From Candidatus Saccharimonadota bacterium (GTDB lineage: Bacteria > Patescibacteriota > Saccharimonadia > Saccharimonadales > DTSZ01), in NCBI GenBank assembly GCA_012965045.1, contig DTSZ01000001.1, forward strand, positions 591,629 through 655,628: a stretch of DNA of 64,000 nucleotides, given 5' to 3'. Made by a program: the position numbers and the translations under genes. Below the pieces are notes generated by a model. It ran no database searches. It was not told the DNA's origin and saw nothing but the letters and a program-made list of their open reading frames with translations. Below, in pieces: positions 28,253 through 37,475 of the stretch (position 1 is its first letter; every line of letters begins with the position of its first letter).

Positions 28253-28255
28253 ATA

Positions 28256-28441
28256 TGGAGGGTCCAGTGGGACTCGCCCACATTCTGCGGGCCCGAAACT
28301 ACGTCTTTCAAAACAAGTTTTGAAGAGTAAGTTTCCTTGCAAACTGCTCCCAGCAGTTTTCACCCCCGACACTACGTGTCGTGGCTTCGACCCAGTAAAA
28401 CTCTCCAATTTAAAAACCCGCCATTCGGCGGATTCATAAAT
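28256..28441 (-). ncRNA. Copy C of the tRNA-linked structured repeat. It starts behind the tRNA-Lys terminator and ends in an exact 21-nt copy of the tRNA-Lys 3' end (28256-28276).
   Basis: See copy A. Helix 28276-28292 again has an A-C mismatch on plus that becomes G-U on minus. Terminator hairpin ccgcc-attc-ggcgg at 28418-28431. Confidence 0.55.
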
Positions 28442-28518
28442 TGGAGGGTCCAGTGGGACTCGAACCCACGACACCCTGCTTAAAAGGCAGGTGCTCTAAC
28501 CAGCTGAGCTATGGACCC
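28442..28518 (-). tRNA. tRNA-Lys (anticodon TTT), CCA encoded.
   Basis: Hand fold: acceptor GGGTCCA/TGGACCC, anticodon loop CTTTTAA, T-arm GTGGG-TTCGAGT-CCCAC, 77 nt. Confidence 0.95.
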
Positions 28519-28602
28519 TCGTATGTAAAAAGCTACGAGAATAAGAGAATGTAACTTTTACTCACAAAATGCTAGCATGCCACCTCTGTTTTTTCAACTC
28601 TA

Positions 28603-29118
28603 TTATTTTTTTGCTCTTGATCGACGACGACTCTTTCGTGCTCGTAGTAGTCCTGGGTTTGTTTGACTCATCACCTCAAAGAAGGCAACACCAAACGACA
28701 TAAGAGTCACTAAACCACTGAATCTATTAAGTTGGTTCGCAAAATAAGAGTTTCTAAACGGATCTTCAAAGCCGGCAAGTATAAACGTATTAGTGGTCGC
28801 CACAATCAACATAAACGCAAAGAAGGCCGATACAATTATGCGCTCCACTGGATTAAATCGACCCCCGCCACGAAAATGCCAGTATGCATAAAAGGTCGGC
28901 CCAAAAACTAACAGGCTATACACCAGCAACTTAGCATTGTCTGTCTCAAAGATAGATGCTTGAGAAGATAAAAAATTCAATAAATCTGGTCCAAAACTGA
29001 TACCGAGTAACATGCTGCTCAGCAACACCAGTAGAACTGTTTGGACCGATACGCGTTTTATTATTGAAACGCCTGTAAAAAATAAAACTACAAATAGTGA
29101 TAAAAAATCAGATGACAT
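28603..29118 (-). CDS. Integral membrane protein (171 aa) with a basic C-terminal tail.
   Basis: 4-5 predicted TM segments. No motif recognised. Confidence 0.55.
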   Translation of the reverse strand: MSSDFLSLFVVLFFTGVSIIKRVSVQTVLLVLLSSMLLGISFGPDLLNFLSSQASIFETDNAKLLVYSLLVFGPTFYAYWHFRGGGRFNPVERIIVSAFFAFMLIVATTNTFILAGFEDPFRNSYFANQLNRFSGLVTLMSFGVAFFEVMSQTNPGLLRARKSRRRSRAKK

Positions 29119-29140
29119 ATCTAAGCATCAGTATAAACGA

Positions 29141-30451
29141 TTATGCTTTTTTAGTTTTCACTGGAGTGACTTCGATTTTTACGGCCTGTTCAAGCCGGCG
29201 AATATCTGCCAGTAGATCCGATCGTGATTTATTGTGCAACGTAATGTTAAAGACGCTCTTGCCGCCGTTTTTAGCAAATTTACACATGTCACCCTTGGTT
29301 TTATTTATTTTTAAATTATAAAACGAGGTTAAAGCACGTGCTTTGTTCATTCCATTAATCTTTTCAAGTCGGCCCTCTTTGTTTGAGAAAAACTTCATGC
29401 TAGCTGTATAGCCTTGTCGTTTCTTTTTAATTATTGGCTTTCGACCAGTCCGAACCAAAAGGTCGTTATAGGCATGGTCAAATCCGTATGATAATTGATA
29501 CAGGTTCTGACGAAATCCACCCATCCGGCACGCTATTTCGACTATTTTAAAGCCCGTTAGTTCAGTCTTTATTACCTCAACATGAACTATTGTGTTGCGT
29601 AGTCCTAAAGCGTGAACGCCTTTTGCAGCCACCTGTTCCATGTCTTTAATTTTACGCGCCAGCAACTTAACTGGGGTCATTTGCTTGTAGCCAAAGAAAT
29701 CATCAAAACCAATCGCCCGGCCTGTCTTTATGTGTACCGGCGGCACAAAATCTACACGACCAGTATTATCAACGTAGCCATCTATTGAATACATAGTGCC
29801 TTCTAGAAACTGTTCGATTAGTACTTTTGGTTCACCACGCCCAGCATATGACTTATGTGCTGCCTTAACCTGTCGTAGGGTACGTTTTAAATTAGATACT
29901 AACTCTTCTTCGTGGTAGCAAATACTCACCAATACACTGGCGGCTAACCCGCTTGGCTTAATTACCAGCGGAAAACCAACTTTTCGTTTGATTTTTGAAA
30001 TAGTCTTGTCGCTAATGTCGGTAGCAATGGTATAAGCCGGTGTAATTTTTTTATCGTATTCGGTAAAACGTCGACGCATCAGTAATTTGTCGGTCGACCA
30101 GTTAATCGACGTTTCAGTCGGCGTTAATGTATATGGGACATGGGGTATAACCCGCTTAAAATTCTCCAACAAGTCCTCTGACCGACAAGTGATAGCAATT
30201 ACGCGGTGTAAGTATGGTAGAAGTGCTTCATGAATTTGTTTTGGTGATTTAAGATTTATTTCAATTTTTGTAAAATCTTTTTGAAAAACACTCTTATTAG
30301 CTTTTTGTGACTTATCAATAAGCCAAACACGTTGCAAAGGACGGCGGAGTTTTTTTTCAAGCTTATCAATGGCAATACTTAATGAATCACCCACATCTTT
30401 GCTGTCGGTGGCTAGTACAATGACGGTGTCTCTCGAAAATTGCTTCTCCAT
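29141..30451 (-). CDS. ATP-grasp domain ligase with an N-terminal extension.
   Basis: GFPLVIKPSGLAAS, LIEQFLEG..YSIDGYV and EIACRMGG are typical ATP-grasp blocks. Confidence 0.7.
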   Translation of the reverse strand: MEKQFSRDTVIVLATDSKDVGDSLSIAIDKLEKKLRRPLQRVWLIDKSQKANKSVFQKDFTKIEINLKSPKQIHEALLPYLHRVIAITCRSEDLLENFKRVIPHVPYTLTPTETSINWSTDKLLMRRRFTEYDKKITPAYTIATDISDKTISKIKRKVGFPLVIKPSGLAASVLVSICYHEEELVSNLKRTLRQVKAAHKSYAGRGEPKVLIEQFLEGTMYSIDGYVDNTGRVDFVPPVHIKTGRAIGFDDFFGYKQMTPVKLLARKIKDMEQVAAKGVHALGLRNTIVHVEVIKTELTGFKIVEIACRMGGFRQNLYQLSYGFDHAYNDLLVRTGRKPIIKKKRQGYTASMKFFSNKEGRLEKINGMNKARALTSFYNLKINKTKGDMCKFAKNGGKSVFNITLHNKSRSDLLADIRRLEQAVKIEVTPVKTKKA

Positions 30452-30633
30452 ATCTTGCTCAACATAGGCGTCTTTATCTGTTATGTCAAGTATTGTTTAT
30501 CCTAAAAACTGCAAAAAATCATCATATTTAATGCAATCATTTTTATATTCTGTAAAAGGTTATTTATTTTACAACGATTAACAGTTTAAAAAGCAGCTGA
30601 TTTTGTTACGCTTAAGGTAACTAAAGGTCAAAC

Positions 30634-32508
30634 ATGCGCTTACCAAAAAATGTAATATCACCACTTGGGTTGTCTCGTTACCAAGAACATGCCGCTCTGG
30701 TATATTCGTCAAAGCGCCGAGGCCACGGAAAATTAGGTCTAGCTCTCAGTGAAGACGGTCTTCATTTTAACGAGTCCGTTGATGCTCCGGTAATATTCAC
30801 CGGTCAAAACAAAACGGAATCAATTGCTGACACCAGCGACTACCGTTTTGCAAAAGTGGCTCACGACCACCTGCTTACCTACACCAAAAATGGCCGCTTA
30901 GTCATTGCACGAGAAGAAGAATCCGGCGACCTCTGGGACTTAGCAATCTGGAAAACACTACGAACAGGTAACCCACGTGCTACTAACGGCATGTTTGTGC
31001 CAGAGTATAAATACAACAATCAATACGTCTTGTTCTACAACACCAGCAGCATTAACTTTGCAGTCACAAAAGACTTTAAAGACTGGCACTCGCCATACCG
31101 CCCAGTTTTAGAGCCACGCCGACATAACTTTGATAACAAGTCTCTAAAAATAGTTTCAGTTGCAAACATTAGTAGTGGAATTGCTGTGTTGTACGAGTCG
31201 CAGTCAATGCGTAAGCGACAGCAAACTATTCATGTTGGGTTTGCTGTATTTTCGCGCCAAAACCCTGGTAAGTTAATCTGGCGCAGCGAAGGGCCGTTAT
31301 GGGCTGCCACAAACGCCGGTAGGTCAAAAATTGAACTCCTTGGTGCAGACATACAAAACGATTCTATTCGTTTATACGGTAGCTCTGTCTCCAACGGTCT
31401 ATTTACCGTCGACCTCCAACAACCGCTTAAGCTAGACGAAGTTAGCCGACCAAAATTCGAACTAGAGCGTCATCATAAAAACCCGTTGCTTAGCCCAGAA
31501 GGTGGCGAACACTGGGAGTCGTCAGGGGTATTTAACCCAAGCGTCGTCCACCACGAAGGCAAGGTGCATATTTTGTACCGTGCTGTTGACCCGTACGGCG
31601 TTAGTCATGTCGGTTATGCCAGCACAACCGACGGGTCAGAAATAGACTATCGGCACAACGAACCTTGCTACTGGCCACGCGCATGGTTTGAAGCTGGTAG
31701 AGGCAAACGGCCATATAAAGAATGGAATAAAGCCTTTGGTTCCGGCGGCGGCTGGGGCGGTTGCGAAGACCCTAAGGCAACACTTATGGATGACAAAGTC
31801 TACATGACCTATGTTGCCCACGACGGCAGCCCCTATTTGCGTTTATGTATAACATCAATTGATATAGATGATTTTGTAAATCATCGGTGGGATAAATGGG
31901 CATGGCCAAAAGTAATTAGTAACCCTCAATTTGGCCCACACGTTAATCCACCATTTGGAGTTCGTGTTATAAAAAGTGGAATAATCTTGCCAGAGAAAAT
32001 TAACGATAAATATGTGATTTTCTTCAAAGAACCGCCACATGTTGGCATTCATTATATTGACGATATCGAACGACTTGGTATTGATGAAGAGCTCGAAGCT
32101 CATGACTTCATATACACTCGCCCCGGTCATTGGGACAGTCAAAAACTCTCGATGGGATCGACTCCGATTTTAGTAAATGAAGGTTGGCTGGTTATATACC
32201 ACGCCGTCGATAAACGCGAAGGTCACAAATATAAAATTGGCGCTATGTTACTTGATAAGAACGATCCAAGTAAGGTATTGCGGCGCACCAATACCCCAAT
32301 TCTTGAACCTGATGCTGACTATGAAAACAACTGGAAACCTGGCGTTGCCTACCCATCTGGTGCGGCTATCATCGGTGATCAACTTCATGTGTATTACGGC
32401 GGTGGAGACCGACACGTCTGCGTTGCAACAACTCCCCTGCAAGAGTTCATGGACCATCTAATGAACGAAGAAGAAATTCACCTAACTGCAGAAGTCACGG
32501 TTAGTTAG
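30634..32508 (+). CDS. Two-module GH130-like glycoside phosphorylase/hydrolase. The N-terminal module is degenerate.
   Basis: GVFNPSVVHHEGKVHILYRAVD and GGCEDPKATLMDDKVYMTYVAHDG, the GH130/DUF377 signature. Confidence 0.75.
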   Translation: MRLPKNVISPLGLSRYQEHAALVYSSKRRGHGKLGLALSEDGLHFNESVDAPVIFTGQNKTESIADTSDYRFAKVAHDHLLTYTKNGRLVIAREEESGDLWDLAIWKTLRTGNPRATNGMFVPEYKYNNQYVLFYNTSSINFAVTKDFKDWHSPYRPVLEPRRHNFDNKSLKIVSVANISSGIAVLYESQSMRKRQQTIHVGFAVFSRQNPGKLIWRSEGPLWAATNAGRSKIELLGADIQNDSIRLYGSSVSNGLFTVDLQQPLKLDEVSRPKFELERHHKNPLLSPEGGEHWESSGVFNPSVVHHEGKVHILYRAVDPYGVSHVGYASTTDGSEIDYRHNEPCYWPRAWFEAGRGKRPYKEWNKAFGSGGGWGGCEDPKATLMDDKVYMTYVAHDGSPYLRLCITSIDIDDFVNHRWDKWAWPKVISNPQFGPHVNPPFGVRVIKSGIILPEKINDKYVIFFKEPPHVGIHYIDDIERLGIDEELEAHDFIYTRPGHWDSQKLSMGSTPILVNEGWLVIYHAVDKREGHKYKIGAMLLDKNDPSKVLRRTNTPILEPDADYENNWKPGVAYPSGAAIIGDQLHVYYGGGDRHVCVATTPLQEFMDHLMNEEEIHLTAEVTVS

Positions 32509-33721
32509 CCGGTTGTATTGTCTTCCATAGTTTTACTTGCAACCAATACGTTGCTAGTCCTCCAAAAGTTACAATCGCCCACACAGTACGCAAAAATAGC
32601 TCACTGTTGTCTAAGATATGAATAAGCCCAATAAAGAAGCCTAAGCCAACTAGTCGTGTAGAAAACTTAATCACCTCAAGAAGATAATTAAGTTGAAGTG
32701 TATTTCTTTGAACATCACTACCAAGCACAGCCTCGCGTAAGCTAATGTCTAAATCGTCATCTATGGGCTTCTCTATTGTCTGTGCGCCTTTTTCAATAAC
32801 AGCTCTGCCAATCAGGGCAGGCGCTTGCCAGGACGCCACTAAACCAAGTGTTGCTGCCACCCTAATTGAATGTAAGTAATACCCAAGCCGCAAGTTACCT
32901 TTTAGCTCCACATGGCGCCGTACATAGACAACTATCGCTGCAATTAAGGCAACTCCACTTACAAAAACACCGTAGCCAAAAATGCTACCTAGTATTAAAA
33001 ACGGAGCAATCTTCCAAAAATGACTTTGTAATTCATCCTGTAATGTATCAATGAAATAAATTCGCAAAAAGCGTTTCCATTCTGGGTGATTTTTTAGGCT
33101 ATTGAGGAAGGATTTTGATAAAAGCGGCGCTTTTGGTGGAATAGTATTGTTTTGATACGTCTTAAATAGACTCAGGAAGCTTAACAGGGCGGCAACAATC
33201 AAGAACGCTCGGTAGCCCACGACAAAATCCAGCAAAAACCCAATTATCAGTGGCAAAAATACACTCATGATTGTTTCGTAGCTTCCAGAAACTTGAAATA
33301 TATAGCTGCGCTGTTTGCTTTTCATTTCTTTTACAGCAACATAGTGTGAGCTTGTGTGATAAAAACCTGAGTCTATTCCTCGCATCACAGACAGCACCCA
33401 AAACCATGTAAACGGGTCTTGCTCAAGTAGTGGCCAGATTAAAATAGAAATAAATATAAGTACTGTTCGAAGATACCGCCCGTATACCCAAACGACACCA
33501 TAGCCTTTTTTGCGAAGTAGAACATTGGCAACAGTAATGCCTACCATGGTTGCACACGCTATAACTAATTTGTCTAAAAATACTAAAGTTAAAGAACCGC
33601 TCAAGACAAATAGAACAACACTGTAGAGTTCTCCCAAAATACCCCATATAAACAAGGCTGTCATTCTGTTATAAAAAAATTGCCGAACGACGTCGGCTTG
33701 AGACTTTAGCTCTAAAAACAT
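32501..33721 (-). CDS. Polytopic membrane protein, transporter-like (406 aa).
   Basis: Roughly 10-12 TM segments. Sits between the two GH130 genes. No specific motif. Confidence 0.6.
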   Translation of the reverse strand: MFLELKSQADVVRQFFYNRMTALFIWGILGELYSVVLFVLSGSLTLVFLDKLVIACATMVGITVANVLLRKKGYGVVWVYGRYLRTVLIFISILIWPLLEQDPFTWFWVLSVMRGIDSGFYHTSSHYVAVKEMKSKQRSYIFQVSGSYETIMSVFLPLIIGFLLDFVVGYRAFLIVAALLSFLSLFKTYQNNTIPPKAPLLSKSFLNSLKNHPEWKRFLRIYFIDTLQDELQSHFWKIAPFLILGSIFGYGVFVSGVALIAAIVVYVRRHVELKGNLRLGYYLHSIRVAATLGLVASWQAPALIGRAVIEKGAQTIEKPIDDDLDISLREAVLGSDVQRNTLQLNYLLEVIKFSTRLVGLGFFIGLIHILDNSELFLRTVWAIVTFGGLATYWLQVKLWKTIQPAN

Positions 33722-33764
33722 GACATTAGCATAGCAGCATCACATCATAGAAGCTGCTACAATA

Positions 33765-35687
33765 GTGTTTATGTTTACAGTAACCAGAAATAAAAAGAAT
33801 CCAATCATAAAAAGTAATAACGACGAGCCGTGGCGTGCGTTGGCAGCGTTTAACTGTTCGCCGGCTAAAGTAGGCGACTCGCTTCATTTAGTATTTCGGG
33901 CAATGACCGACGAAGCCCTGTACAAGGGTCACAACGTCGAGCTATCGACCATAGGACATGTAATGGTTGACCCTCAGACACACCATTCCATCGGAGAATA
34001 CAAAGTCCTTATACAGCCCGAAGAAGACTGGGAGATGTATGGCTGCGAAGACCCGCGGGTAACTAAAATTGATGACACATACTATATTTTCTACACCGCT
34101 CTGAGTGGTTTTCCATATTCGGCTGAAAATATTAAATGTGCCGTGGCGACCACCAAAGACTTTAAGACAATCGACAGCCGGCAACTGGTAACACCGTTTA
34201 ATGCTAAGGCCATGGCGCTTTTTCCAGAAAAAGTCGACGGTAAATGGACTGTTATTTTGACTGCAGATAGCGACAAGCCACCTTCTAAAATGGCTATAGC
34301 TCAAAGTGACAATTTTGATGATTTTTTAAATCATGACTGGTGGGCAAATTGGTATGAAGAAGTTGAACACCATAATATTGACCTGCGCCGCGTGGATACT
34401 GACCACTGCGAAGTTGGCGCACCTCCAATAAAAACTGATGCGGGCTGGCTCCTTATCTACAGCCACATCCAAGATTACTTTACCGACGACAAGGTTTTTG
34501 GAATCGAAGCTGTTTTATTAGACAAAGACAACCCACGAAAAATTATCGGCCGTACTCGCTACCCATTTATGGTGCCAGAAGAAAGCTACGAACAATATGG
34601 ACAACTGCCAGACATCGTTTTTCCAAGCGGAGCTATGTTGGATGGCGACATCCTAACAGTTTTTTATGGAGCTGCCGACACAACTTGCGCCTCTGCTAAA
34701 TTGCGGCTGTCACACCTGCTTGAATCTATGCAGATGGAAGGAAAAAGTTACGCGAAACGCTACAGTGGCAATCCGATTCTACTCGCTAAAGAAGAAAATT
34801 ACTGGGAAAGCAGCTATGTCCTAAATCCTTCAGCAATAGAAATTGACGGCGAAATAAATATTCTTTACCGAGCGCTTGGGCCTGACAACACATCTGTTTG
34901 CGGCCTAGCAATTACAAAAGATGGCTACACAATTGACGAGCGTCTTGATGAGCCAATCTACATACCGCGGGCTAAATTTGAGTCAAAGCTTAAACCACCA
35001 GACGGCATATCTGGCTGCGAAGACTTGCGGGCCCAAATTATCGGTGATCGAATTTTTGTAACCTACACAGGCTACAATGGCGTTGACCCTCCGGCTGTCG
35101 CAGCAAGTTCGATTTCTATTGAAGAATTTAAAAACCGCAAGTTTCAATCTTGGACCGAGCCTCACCTAATTAGTCCGGTTGGCATCGACGACAAAGATGC
35201 TGCAATTTTTAGTGAAAAAATAAACGATCAGTACCTTGTATTTCATAGAATTGACCACCATATATGCGCCGACACCCTACCAGAACTAGATTTTGAAAAG
35301 CATCAGCTTGACCGCTGTATCCAGGTTATGGGACCGCGTAAAGGCATGTGGGACAGTCTAAAAATTGGAATCAATGGTCCGCCGATAAAAACCGAAAAGG
35401 GTTGGTTGCAGTTCTACCACGGCATTAACGAGCATCACCACTACCTTATGGGGGCCGCGTTGCTAGATCTTAAAGATCCAACAAAAATCATTGGGCGATC
35501 TGCTATGCCAATAATGGAACCTGAAACCCAGTGGGAACTTGAAGGTTGGATAGACAATGTTATTTTTAGTTGCGGTCAAGTTGTTCGCGACGACACAATT
35601 TTTATTTATTATGGTGGCGCTGACACAGTTGTGGCTGTGGCAACATTAAGCTTGTCGGAGCTTTTGAGCCAACTCAACGAGGCTTAG
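33765..35687 (+). CDS. Tandem-GH130 protein with two complete modules.
   Basis: YGCEDPRVTKIDDTYYIFYTA and SGCEDLRAQIIGDRIFVTYTGYNG. Two FPSG/YYGGAD C-terminal blocks. Confidence 0.8.
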   Translation: MFMFTVTRNKKNPIIKSNNDEPWRALAAFNCSPAKVGDSLHLVFRAMTDEALYKGHNVELSTIGHVMVDPQTHHSIGEYKVLIQPEEDWEMYGCEDPRVTKIDDTYYIFYTALSGFPYSAENIKCAVATTKDFKTIDSRQLVTPFNAKAMALFPEKVDGKWTVILTADSDKPPSKMAIAQSDNFDDFLNHDWWANWYEEVEHHNIDLRRVDTDHCEVGAPPIKTDAGWLLIYSHIQDYFTDDKVFGIEAVLLDKDNPRKIIGRTRYPFMVPEESYEQYGQLPDIVFPSGAMLDGDILTVFYGAADTTCASAKLRLSHLLESMQMEGKSYAKRYSGNPILLAKEENYWESSYVLNPSAIEIDGEINILYRALGPDNTSVCGLAITKDGYTIDERLDEPIYIPRAKFESKLKPPDGISGCEDLRAQIIGDRIFVTYTGYNGVDPPAVAASSISIEEFKNRKFQSWTEPHLISPVGIDDKDAAIFSEKINDQYLVFHRIDHHICADTLPELDFEKHQLDRCIQVMGPRKGMWDSLKIGINGPPIKTEKGWLQFYHGINEHHHYLMGAALLDLKDPTKIIGRSAMPIMEPETQWELEGWIDNVIFSCGQVVRDDTIFIYYGGADTVVAVATLSLSELLSQLNEA

Positions 35688-35690
35688 ACC

Positions 35691-37046
35691 GTGCCACGGG
35701 CAAAGAAAAAACAACCAACATCGACGACCACTACGAAAACAATTGAACAAGCTAAAAAAGTCTTAGACATAAATTTTAAAGATGGCTACACTATGCCATC
35801 AAAAGTACTCTACCCGCACCAATGGTTATGGGATTCGTGTTTTCATGCAATTGGCCTACGGCACCACCGTCCAGATCGTGCACTGGAAGAAATCAAACTG
35901 TTACTACGGGGCCAATGGCCAAATGGTATGGTGCCGCATATGATTTTTAGTGGCGCCAAGCACGGACATCAACGCTACAATATTTGGAAGTCACATGTCT
36001 GTGACGACTGTGTTGTCGGCCTGAGGACCAGTGCAATCACGCAACCGCCTGTCATTGCTTGGGCGTTCGAAAAGGTAGTAAATAGCCTGCCCAAAAAAGA
36101 TCAAAAAGCAGCTATCGAAAAATACCTGCCGCAGATAATTCGCTATCATCAGTGGCTGTATGCAGACCGTGACCCTGACCAAACAGGTCGCATTGTAATT
36201 ATTCACCCGTGGGAAAGTGGCCTCGACAACAACCCAGCACTAATGGCAGCACTGCGTGAATGTTTCCCTGTGAATACCAGTGAAAAAATATTTTTGACCA
36301 ACCCTTTTGTACGCGGTGTATACCACAAGCTTCGTAAAGACATTCAAGTCACGAGCGCTGCCGAGCGAAGTCGAACTGTTGAAAACTGGATGTTTGCACG
36401 ACTTATTGCCCGGTATCGTCGCAAGCTCTATAAAACCGAAGCCATCTTATATGATAAAAATAGCTTCGTTGTTGAGGATGTTAGCTTTAACGCAATATTT
36501 ATTCGGTCTAATGCCGCTATAAAAACTCTGGCGAAAAAAATAAAACTCACACTGCCAGACGACTTAACTCAAGCAATGGACCGTAGCGACGCAGCGTTTG
36601 CTGATTTCTGGAACGACGACAAACAAGCATATTTATCGCGCAACTGGCACACCAAACAATCAATTCCAATTGAAACGATCGAAGAATTACTGCCACTCAT
36701 AACTTCTATTATCCCCAAATCAAATGCTAAAAAAATTGTCACAAAACTTGAATCAAATAACTTTTTCACACCTAAGCCGGTATCCACAAACAACACAGCG
36801 CGCGACGACTACGACCCTATTCGTTATTGGCAAGGCCCAGTATGGGTAAATATGAACTGGATGATTATCGAAGGACTAAAGAACTACGGCTATACCAAAA
36901 AAGCTAAAGACCTCGCCAATTCAACAATTAAATTAGTCGAAGAAAATGGCATATGGGAGTACTACAATTCGCAGACTGGCATGGGCCACGGAATCAGCAG
37001 TTTTTCCTGGACCGCAGCTTTGTATTTAGACTTAATTAATTCCTAA
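35691..37046 (+). CDS. GH63-like (alpha/alpha)6 glycoside hydrolase of the mannosylglycerate/glucosylglycerate hydrolase type.
   Basis: LYPHQWLWDSCFHAIGL, IIHPWESGLDNNP and YWQGPVWVNMNWMIIEGL. GTG start. Confidence 0.7.
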   Translation: MPRAKKKQPTSTTTTKTIEQAKKVLDINFKDGYTMPSKVLYPHQWLWDSCFHAIGLRHHRPDRALEEIKLLLRGQWPNGMVPHMIFSGAKHGHQRYNIWKSHVCDDCVVGLRTSAITQPPVIAWAFEKVVNSLPKKDQKAAIEKYLPQIIRYHQWLYADRDPDQTGRIVIIHPWESGLDNNPALMAALRECFPVNTSEKIFLTNPFVRGVYHKLRKDIQVTSAAERSRTVENWMFARLIARYRRKLYKTEAILYDKNSFVVEDVSFNAIFIRSNAAIKTLAKKIKLTLPDDLTQAMDRSDAAFADFWNDDKQAYLSRNWHTKQSIPIETIEELLPLITSIIPKSNAKKIVTKLESNNFFTPKPVSTNNTARDDYDPIRYWQGPVWVNMNWMIIEGLKNYGYTKKAKDLANSTIKLVEENGIWEYYNSQTGMGHGISSFSWTAALYLDLINS

Positions 37047-37379
37047 CTCAACTTCTTCCGCTCTAAATTCTACAAGTTCTCGGATGCGATCATCAACATA
37101 CTGACTTCTTTCAAGAAAGTTCATTCCGCCTAAAATTTGGTCACGTTCACTGACATCGCCAGTCAACCCAGCAGCAATGTCGTCCCTAATTGCAGATTCT
37201 CTACAAGCCTTGCGCACTAATACTGGGCAAGTGTCGCATATAGCCTTTGCTATTTCTTCCCTGCTTCGACGTGCATTTATGCCTTCAGGTCTCAAATCGT
37301 CAGGAGGAAAAAATAAGTCACCCTCTCCGACACATGGTTTTGCTGTTAATGACATCTTTTTATCTAAATCTACAAACAC
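37032..37379 (-). CDS. WhiB-like (Wbl) Fe-S transcription factor candidate with a C-terminal extension.
   Basis: KPCVGEGDLFFP ... AKAICDTCPVLVRKAC gives four Cys, the FFP motif and a CxxC-PV pattern. AAGGAG RBS 7 nt before GTG 37379. Confidence 0.55.
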   Translation of the reverse strand: MFVDLDKKMSLTAKPCVGEGDLFFPPDDLRPEGINARRSREEIAKAICDTCPVLVRKACRESAIRDDIAAGLTGDVSERDQILGGMNFLERSQYVDDRIRELVEFRAEEVELGIN

Positions 37380-37475
37380 TGCCTTGCTCCTTTTATATAA
37401 AAACTACTCTTTGCTTTTGTAATCTGTCAAGTTCGTTGTTTATTTAAGTGGCACGAAAATGGACATAGTAGTGTT

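Noticed and set aside
28205-28474. 89-aa (minus) and 64-aa (plus) ORFs from the six-frame track.
   Set aside because: They run through tRNA-Lys, a terminator hairpin and the structured repeat. They have no RBS and their composition is driven by the RNA element.
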